Below, piece by piece: positions 55,201 to 64,000 of a stretch of 64,000 nucleotides of DNA (its first letter is position 1; each line of letters begins with the position of its first letter). The translations under genes and the position numbers were made by a program. This DNA is from Eledone cirrhosa. Its lineage: Eukaryota. The stretch is from NCBI GenBank assembly GCA_964016885.1, contig CAXHJY010000842.1, positions 1 to 64,000 of the forward strand, written 5' to 3'. The notes beneath the pieces were generated by a model that was given only the letters and a program-made list of their open reading frames with translations, was not told the origin of the DNA and did not search any database.

Positions 55201-56987
55201 AACGATTAAGAGCTGTCACTAACTGTACAGGACAATCAGGTGACATGTGGGAAACGATGAAGAGCTGTCACTAACTGTACAGGACAATCAGGTGACATGT
55301 GGGCAACTATGAAACCTGTCACTAACTGTACAGGACAATCAGGTGACATGTGGGCAACTATGAAACCTGTCACTAACTGTACAGGACAATCAGGTGACAT
55401 GTGGGCAACGATGAAGAGCTGTCACTAACTGTACAGGACAATCAGGTGACATGTGGGCAACGATGAAACCTGTCACTAACTGTACAGGACAATCAGGTGA
55501 CATGTGGGCCACTATGAAACCTGTCACTAACTGTACAGGACAATCAGGTGACATGTGGGCCACTATGAAACCTGTCACTAACTGTACAGGACAATCAGGT
55601 GACATGTGGGCAACTATGAAACCTGTCACTAACTGTACAGGACAATCAGGTGACATGTGGGCAACTATGAAACCTGTCACTAACTGTACAGAACAATCAG
55701 GTGACATGTGGGCAACGATGAAGAGCTGTCACTAACTGTACAGGACAATCAGGTGACATGTGGGCAACGATGAAACCTGTCACTAACTGTACAGGACAAT
55801 CAGGTGACTTGTGGGCCACTATGAAACCTGTCACTAACTGTACAGGACAATCAGGTGACATGTGGGCCACTATGAAACCTGTCACTAACTGTACAGGACA
55901 ATCAGGTGACATGTGGGCAACTATGAAACCTGTCACTAACTGTACAGGACAATCAGGTGACATGTGGGCAACTATGAAACCTGTCACTAACTGTACAGGA
56001 CAATCAGGTGACATGTAGGCAACGATGAAGAGCTGTCACTAACTGTACAGGACAATCAGGTGACATGTGGGCAACTATGAAACCTGTCACTAACTGTACA
56101 GGACAATCAGGTGACATTTTGGCCACTATGAAACCTGTCACTAACTGTACAGGACAATCAGGTTACATGTGGGCCACTATGAAACCTGTCGCTAACTGTA
56201 CAGGACAATCAGGTGACATGTGGGCAACTATGAAACCTGTCACTAACTGTACAGGACAATCAGGTGACATGTGGGCAACGATGAAGAGCTGTCACTAACT
56301 GTACAGGACAATCAGGTGACATGTTGGTAAGCTATGAAGACATGTTAACAACTGTGAAGGACAATCAGGTGACATGTGGGCAACTATCAAACCTGTCACT
56401 AAATGTACAGGACAATCAGGTGACATGTGGGCAACTATGAAACCTGTCACTAACTGTACAGGACAATCAGGTGAATGTGGGCCACTATGAAACCTGTCAC
56501 TAACTGTACAGGACAATCAGGTGACATGTGGGCAACTATGAAATCTGTCACTAACTGTACAGGACAATCAGGTGACATGTGGGCAACTATGAAACCTGTC
56601 ACTAACTGTACAGGAAATCAAGTGACATGTGGGCAACTATGAAACCTGTCACTAACTGTACAGGACAATTAGGTGACATGTGGTCAACTATGAAACCTGT
56701 CACTAACTGTACAGGACAATCAGGTGACATGTGGGCCACTATGAAACCTGTCACTAACTGTACCGGACAATCAGGTGACATGTGGGCAACTATGAAACCT
56801 TTCACTAACTGTACAGGAAATCAAGTGACATGTGGGCAACTATGAAACCTGTCACTAACTGTACAGGACAATCAGGTGACATGTGGGCAACGATGAAGAG
56901 CTGTCACTAACTGTACAGGACAATCAGGTAACATGTGGGTAAGCTATGAAGACATGTTAACAACTGTGAAGGACAATCAGGTGACAT
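52291..56987. repeat. 51/52-bp satellite with two interspersed monomer types
   Basis: GGTGACATGTGGGCAAC-[TATGAAACC or GATGAAGAGC]-TGTCACTAACTGTACAGGACAATCA. Confidence 0.95.
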
Positions 56988-57846
56988 AACAATTTTCCAA
57001 TCAAATCGAACCAAAAAATGAATGATTTCGAAGTGAACCTATTAACAATTTTGTCATTCTGCGTCCATTTTTCAAATCAAATAAAATATCCCTGAAATAA
57101 CACTTCCCAATTAATAAGCATGATTCAATTGTAAGGAATGTCAACCAGAGCCGACTGTCAGGTATTTAACATCCTAAGGTAACTCTACTAAGTGCGGCCC
57201 CTGCTCTCAATTGTGTGCCCCATTCTTCCCAATAGAATAGTTTTATCTTATACCATTTCGTAAGCTGACGAACATAGTTTATGATAATTCTTGCCCGGGT
57301 CTCACTAAATAAAATATTTAAGACCTGCATTTTCCACTACACAATCCACATTCACCTACGCCAAATCTTATTCCAGGTCCTAATATTATACAACGCCACC
57401 CCTATACCCGTCGGTTTAAATATTTTCACAAAACTGTTAAACTTCAAAGATGTTTAGTGCTTATTTGTTGATTGCCGAAAGTTGTTATATATTTCATTTA
57501 ATTACACACATATATGTATAAAACTATAGTCCGTTAAGCTTCAATAATCTGCCTCATTCTGATGTGCGTCCGAAGCAGCTGCCTGGTTGGCTTTAATGGC
57601 AGCACCAGTCCTGCTGACAATAGATTATAGAAATAGAAATAATATCTATAGTTGAAAGCTTGTTTGTGTTGTGTTGAATGAAAGCAAATTTCTCTTGACG
57701 CCAACCTGACTCAGAATTATCGTTGAGAAACACGTGAATTTCTTCAAACCGCCAGTTTCTCCGACACATCATACATAGCTGTTATTCCATCCATAGTTTC
57801 TTTCTTTCTTCGATTCTCTATCTCTCGCTCACTGTCTCACTCTCTC

Positions 57847-57919
<73 letters not shown>

Positions 57920-57924
57920 CACAC

Positions 57925-57955
<31 letters not shown>

Positions 57956-57991
57956 TACATATATATATACATACATATATGTGTGTGTATA

Positions 57992-58023
<32 letters not shown>

Positions 58024-58121
58024 CACATACATTCATATATATAAACACACTAAACACATATATATATATGTATTATGTAAATATGTATATGTAAATATAG
58101 TTGTATTCATGTGCGTGTGAG

Positions 58122-58169
<48 letters not shown>

Positions 58170-58446
58170 CCTTCTTTATTTTATTTTACTTTTCCTTTCT
58201 TCCGTTTCTTTTGATTTCATCGTCCTTCCATTCTTTCACTTTTTCTCTTTTTTCATCATTATTTTTTCGTTTCGTTCTTTGTCCTTTCATTGTTTTTCCT
58301 GCTTACTTCAATATATTTCTCTTTGCTGTTATTACCGAAGTTCTTTTGTTACGAAATCCTTCCAAATTTTTTTCTTTCTATCAGTTTCCTTCTCTACTTT
58401 GGTTTCATTCTTCATGAGTTTTTTTAGTTTTTTTCTGTATGTTTGA

Positions 58447-59727
58447 ATATGTTTAGTAAGGTATGTGTTATGTCCGTATGTGTTTAGTAATGTGTGTGTT
58501 GTGTTTGTATGTGTTTAGTAAGGTATATGTTATGTTCGTATGTGTTTAGTAAGGTATGTGTTATGTGTGTATATGTTATGTTCGTATGTGTTTAGTAAGG
58601 TATGTGTTATGTGTGTATGTGTTATGTGTCTATGTGTTTAGTAAGGTATGTGTTATGTCCGTCTGTGTTTAGTAAGGTGTGTGTTGTGTTTGTATGTGTT
58701 TAGTAAGGTATATGTTATGTTCGTATGTGTTTAGTAAGGTATGTGTTATGTGTGTATGTGTTATGTGTGTATGTGTTTAGTAAGGTATGTGTTATGTTTA
58801 TATGTGTTAAGTAAGGCATGTGTTATGTGTCTATGTGTTTAGTAAGGTATGTGTTATGTCCGTATGTGTTTAGTAAGGTGTTGTTTTGTTTGTATGTGTT
58901 TAGTAAGGTATATGTTATGTTCGTATGTGTTTAGTAAGGTATGTGTTATGTGTGTATGTGTTATGTGTGTATGTGTTTAGTAAGGCATGTGTTATGTGTC
59001 TATGTGTTTAGTAAGGTATGTGTTATGTCCGTATGTGTTTAGTAAGGTATGTGTTGTGTTTGTATGTGTTTAGTACGGTATATGTTATGTGTCTATGTGT
59101 TTAGTAAGGTGTGTGTTATGTTCGTATGTGTTTAATAAGGTATTTGTTTAGTAAAGTATGTGTTGGTTGTATGTGTTTAGTAAGGTATATGTTTAGTAAG
59201 GTATGTGTTATATTTGTATGTGGTTAGTAAGATATGTGTTTAGTGAGGTATGTGTTATGTTTGTATGTGTTATGTTCGTATGTATTTAGTATGGTATGTG
59301 TTATGTTCGTATGTGTTTAGTAAGGTATGTGTTTAGTACTGTATGTGTTATGTTTGTATGTGTTGAGTAAGTATGTTTTATGTTCGTATGTGTTTAGTAA
59401 GGTGTGTGTTATGTTCGTATGTGTTTAATAAGGCATGTGTTTAGTAAGGTATGTGTTTAGTGAGGTATGTGTTTAGTACGGTATGTGTTTAGCAAGGTGT
59501 GTGTTATGTTCGTATGTGTTTAGTAAGGTATGTGTTTAGTAAGGTGTGTGTTATGTTTGTATGTGTTATGTTCGTATGTGTTTAATATGGTATGTGTTAT
59601 GTTCGTATGTGTTTAGTAAGGTATGTGTTTAGTACGGTATGTGTTATTTTGTATGTGTTGAGTAAGGTATGTTTTATGTTCGTATGTGTTTACTAAGGTA
59701 TGTGTTATGTTTGTATGTGTTTAGTAA
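58447..59727. repeat. Degenerate satellite of 15/16-bp subunits (GTATGTGTTTAGTAAG / GTATGTGTTATGTTC)
   Basis: Seen directly. Confidence 0.9.
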
Positions 59728-60147
59728 GGTGGAGAATTGGCAGAGTCGTTAGAGCGTCGTATAAAATGCTTTGTGTTAGTCGTTCTAGATCTCTGCTCTC
59801 TGAGTTCAAATCCCACATAGGTCAACTTTGCCTTTCATCCGTTCGAGATCGATAAAAAAAAGTACCAGTTAAGTACTGGGCGAAGTTTCCATGTATATCT
59901 CTCTCTCGCTCCCCCTCTTTCCCTTTTTATCCTTCCCGGGAAGAAACCTGTTGTGTTTACACCTAGAGATGAGCTGAGCTCCGCCACGTCTAAAGAAACG
60001 TCGTATGTCAATATGGTGCCCCTACGACTCCCCCAGGAGTTACGCGACTATGCATGCATTATAAAGCACCAGTAATGCACTAAGGTCGATTTAATCGACT
60101 TTCCCTTGCCCTCAAATTGTTGGCCTTGTGCCTAAAATAGAAACAAT
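59728..60147 (+). mobile_element. SINE family A-like copy or copies split by a ~180-bp insert (59881-60058)
   Basis: Head, B box and central domain 59728-59880; 3' end GGCCTTGTGCCTAAAATAGAAAC at 60122-60144. Confidence 0.7.
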
Positions 60148-60169
60148 TTATTTAGTGCTATTACCAACG

Positions 60170-60470
60170 AAGGCCTCAGTGTTTAAGGAGTTTGGCCCAC
60201 GATCTTAAGGTTATGAGTTCGATTCCCGGTGACAATTTATTTCTTAACTGAGATAAACTACAATTTCCAATCTACTTCACTGGAAATAAAATAGTTATAC
60301 CTATAATTGAAAGGGCCAGTCTTGTCACACACTAAGTTACGCATTTAGAGTACACGTGTTTGTGGGATGTTCAACAACTAACGTGTTAATTTCAAACAAC
60401 TGGAGCACTCATTGTCGTAACTGACTGAGGTCCAGCGCACATATATCGCTGAACATCCCTGAGAACTACG
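60170..60470 (+). mobile_element. Probable second tRNA-derived SINE family, boundaries approximate
   Basis: B box GAGTTCGATTCCC and A-box-like GGCCTCAGTGTTTAA. Confidence 0.45.
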
Positions 60471-61313
60471 TTAACAACGTTCAGGGTACACGTGTCTGCG
60501 CAATGCTTAGTCACTGGCTGTTCGGGTTGTTTATGGTTCGAACAATTGTAATAGTCATTGTCGACACTGACGGAGGTCCATCGCAGGCTTCTAATGTTAT
60601 TAGGTTCAATCCTTTGTTAACAATCTTTATTTTCTTGTTTTCCATTTCGACGGAATTAAAAACCATTCTGATATCCTACAGCACTTCATAACAGTTCATA
60701 TTTTATCTAACCTGATTAGCTTTACCATTGTTATTCTTGCTGTTGTTGTTGCTGTTGATGTTGATGTTGCACACCTTCTACTGTATTATTGTTATTATTA
60801 TTATTATTGTTATTACTATTAATAATGTTGTTGTAGCTGTATTTATTCCTCTTTATCTTCTAAGTATTTCTTTTCATGTTATTCTTTTTCTTTTCTTTTC
60901 TTCTTGTTATTATTATTATTATTTTTGCTGTTGTTGTTGTTGTTGGTGTTGTTATTTTTATTATCATCATTGTTGCTGTTGATGTTATTCCTATTATTTT
61001 CATCATTTGTGTTGTTTTTGTTGCTGTAGTTGATGTTGTCTAATACTACAGCAGTGTTGGCACATTGTCAGTGCAGTTGGCAAACCTTGGTGTTTGCTGC
61101 CAGATCAGAACCTTTTCCCGACATTTGCACTTGCTGCAACATCTCCCTCATCCTCTACCAACCCCTACCCCACACTTAACCATTTATTCGTTCCCTAAAG
61201 AAGTTCTGTGTGGAAACAATTTACATTTTACCCACATTTTTATGCTTCTCGTTGGTGCTTCGTGTTTTCCAAATGCTTCATGTTATCTGCTCTTCTTTCT
61301 TTTCAAACAATCA

Positions 61314-61965
61314 GCCTTGTTTATTCATGTCTGTCAAACATCCAACCTTTTTTACTCATGCCTGTCAAACACAACGTTGTTTACTCATGTCTGTCAAACA
61401 TCCAACCTTGTTTACTTATGTATGTCAAACACACAACGTTGTTTATTGATATCTGTCAAACATTCAAACTTTGTTTACTCATGTTTGTCAAACACACCAC
61501 CTTGTTTACTAATGCCTGTCAAACATGCAACCTTGTTTACTCCTGTCTGTCAAACATGCAACCTGGTTTACTGATGTCTGTCAAATACACAACCATGTTT
61601 ACTCATGTCTGTCAAACATACAACCTTGTTTACTAATATCTGTCAAACACAACGTTTTTTACTCATGCCTGTCAAACACACAACCACGTTTACTGTATGT
61701 CAGACACCCAACTTTGTTTACTTATGTCCGTCAAACATCCAACTTTGTTTACGTATGTCTGTCAAACAATCAGCTTTGTTTTCATTCATATCTGACAAAC
61801 ACCCAACCTTGTTTACTAATGTCTGGTAAACACCCAACCTTGTTTACTCATGTCTGTCAAACCCACATCCTTGTTTACTCATGTCTATCAAACACCCACT
61901 CTTGTTTACGTATGTCTGTCAAACACACAACGTTGTTTACTAATGTCTGTTAAACACAACCTTGG
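61314..61965. repeat. ~31-bp degenerate minisatellite (CCTTGTTTACTCATGTCTGTCAAACACACAA)n
   Basis: Direct periodicity. Confidence 0.9.
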
Positions 61966-62289
61966 TCATAGATATCTGTCGAAGACTTGGGTTCTTATAC
62001 AAAAGTATTGACAAAAAGACCAAAAATAATTTAAAATAAAAGTGAACATCATTGACAGCTACATTGAAATGTAGTTGTCCCAACGTAAGTGGCTATAATA
62101 AAAAAAAAAAACAAGAATGTGAAAACAATGTGTTTCTTGGCAGAAAATCTTGACCCGTTTTTGTACCTTAATATTAGAAAACAAGCTTAATTCTTCACAC
62201 AAAATATTTCTCCCCGTTACTGTCAGTCTGGGAGAGTGGTTCCCTTCTTGAGAATAAAACACGAAAATGAATGATTCTATATTGCAGTG

Positions 62290-62365
<76 letters not shown>

Positions 62366-62493
62366 CTCTTTCTTTCTTTCTTTCGTTCCTTCTCTCTCTC
62401 TTTCTTTTTTTCTTCTCTCTCTCTCTCTCTCTCTCTCTTACACCCACACGCACACACACACGTGCACACACACATACATACACACCTACCAAC

Positions 62494-62562
<69 letters not shown>

Positions 62563-62624
62563 TCCCGGGTTTAATCGGGGGTCACCACAGTAATTGAGGT
62601 ATTCAATACATCAGTAGAGTGTAA

Positions 62625-62753
62625 ATATAATGTTTAATATAGAAATGGCTTCTACAGGATTAGAACTGTTTCGTTCAAAAGAAATCATGATGATTTCTTT
62701 TGACTGAAACGGTTCTAGTCTTGTAGAAACCATTTCTATATTAAACATTATAT
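62625..62753. mobile_element. Short fold-back palindrome with the 3' half of a hammerhead-like core
   Basis: ~62-bp inverted arms; GAAA-cggt-TC-tag at 62706. Confidence 0.5.
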
Positions 62754-62952
62754 GTATATTAAAGATTATAGGTAAAAAGCACAAGTGTATATTTAAAGAT
62801 TATTTTTTGTCTGATGAAACAGATGAAAGAATATTTTATAATTGTTACATTAAATGGATTTAAATTTTATCAAATATTACCGATTTCGATTGGTATGTCA
62901 ATCTTATGAAATATTAACAAAAAATTGTTCTCAAATTCTGTAGGCAGTTAGA

Positions 62953-63010
<58 letters not shown>

Positions 63011-63824
63011 TGTATTAGAATTTATGTATTGTAGCAGTATTTATATATATTGTATTAGTTTTTTATATATATTGTATGAGTATTTATGTAGATTGTATTA
63101 GAATTTATGTATTGTAGCAGTACTTTTATATATATTATATTAGTATTCATGCTTCGGGATTCTGAATTAATATTTCGTATTAGTTTCGGGTTTCTGAATT
63201 AATATTTCGTATTAGTTTTTGTTGTAGTATGTTGGTCCTCAACTTATTAACCTGTCATTGTAAGATAGCATTGGCTGATTACTACTAACTATCGTAGTGG
63301 TGGTAGACCCCCAGTAATGATGGCCTCATAAACTTCATTCACTACAATCGCGTATTTAGTATTCCTTCCCACCTATTAATCTTTTCTATAGCTTAGCAGT
63401 ACCAGTGAGAGATTTGATGATTGTGGAAGGGGACTAGAAACCAGAAATTGTTGTTTTTTTAATATATTTTTTTAATATATTTCCTCATTTTTATAATGGC
63501 TTTTTTGTTTACTCCCTTTAGATTTACTTACTGTTTCAACTTCCCCCTCCCCTTCTCTAGTATACTTTTTTCGACCTTCTATACACTATCCTTAGAATCT
63601 GCTGTATTTTTCACTTACGCTTGACTGAGTTTCCTCCACTCCCTCTCTCTCTTTCTTCTACTGGCAAGTTCAGCTACCCCTACCTTCCACAAAATGCCAT
63701 GATAGAATCATATGCCTTAACAACAAACTTTTGACCAATCCTTGTGACAATCACTTTTACCATATATGGAATTACTCCCTGAGAAGTTCGGCTATTCATT
63801 TACCAGGTTAAACATTTTTATTTA

Positions 63825-64000
63825 GTCCAGAATTAGCCGTCGAAACGGCTTGAGCTCAGCCGTCGGGGTCCTACTTGTTCCTATTACCCACTCTACTACC
63901 CTAAGTATTGAGTACTTTGGTGCGTTATGGTCCATATGGTTCCTTACCACATTTCCTTCGTTATCTAGCTCCTATTCCCGTAGTAGAGCACTTTCCGACC
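63825..64000. mobile_element. 237-bp family, copy 4, runs off the window end
   Basis: Starts GTCCAGAATTAGCCGTCGAAACGGCT; reverse complement of the 20991-21227 unit. Confidence 0.85.

Noticed and set aside
52291-56987. CRISPR array or repeat-protein gene (MWATMKPVTNCTGQSGD)
   Set aside because: No unique spacers or cas genes; 52-bp units break the frame
62805-62840. CTGATGA...GAAA as a hammerhead
   Set aside because: Stem II only 1 bp and no convincing stem I

Overview
Eukaryotic, extremely repeat-rich DNA with no complete host gene. The microsatellite density, tRNA-SINE families and LINE types suggest a coleoid cephalopod (octopus-like) genome; this is inference only. Layout: (1) 1-18.9 kb: a 23-bp minisatellite, then a 17-kb 15-bp (CCACAACCACCAGTA) minisatellite with 3965/5349-bp higher-order duplications. 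(2) 18.9-31.3 kb: a 499-bp tandem array and many short inserts between (TA)n tracts. Most are fold-back or inverted duplications, and several carry hammerhead-ribozyme cores; a Penelope-type GIY-YIG fragment lies among them. (3) 31.3-46.5 kb: a chain of non-LTR retrotransposons in (AAT)n tracts, with a full-length Tx1/L1-type element and Tx1 fragments all on the - strand and R4/Dong-type RLE elements all on the + strand. (4) 47-64 kb: 47-, 51/52-, ~30- and 31-bp satellites, three head-to-tail non-autonomous RTE derivatives in (TATG)n, and SINEs. Best candidates for novelty: a permuted (type II-like) hammerhead core shared by the 499-bp array and a fold-back element; a 237-bp TA-targeted family with fixed termini but no recognisable ribozyme; and strand-polarised sharing of (AAT)n targets by Tx1 and Dong-like elements. 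Most long ORFs in the track are repeat artefacts.
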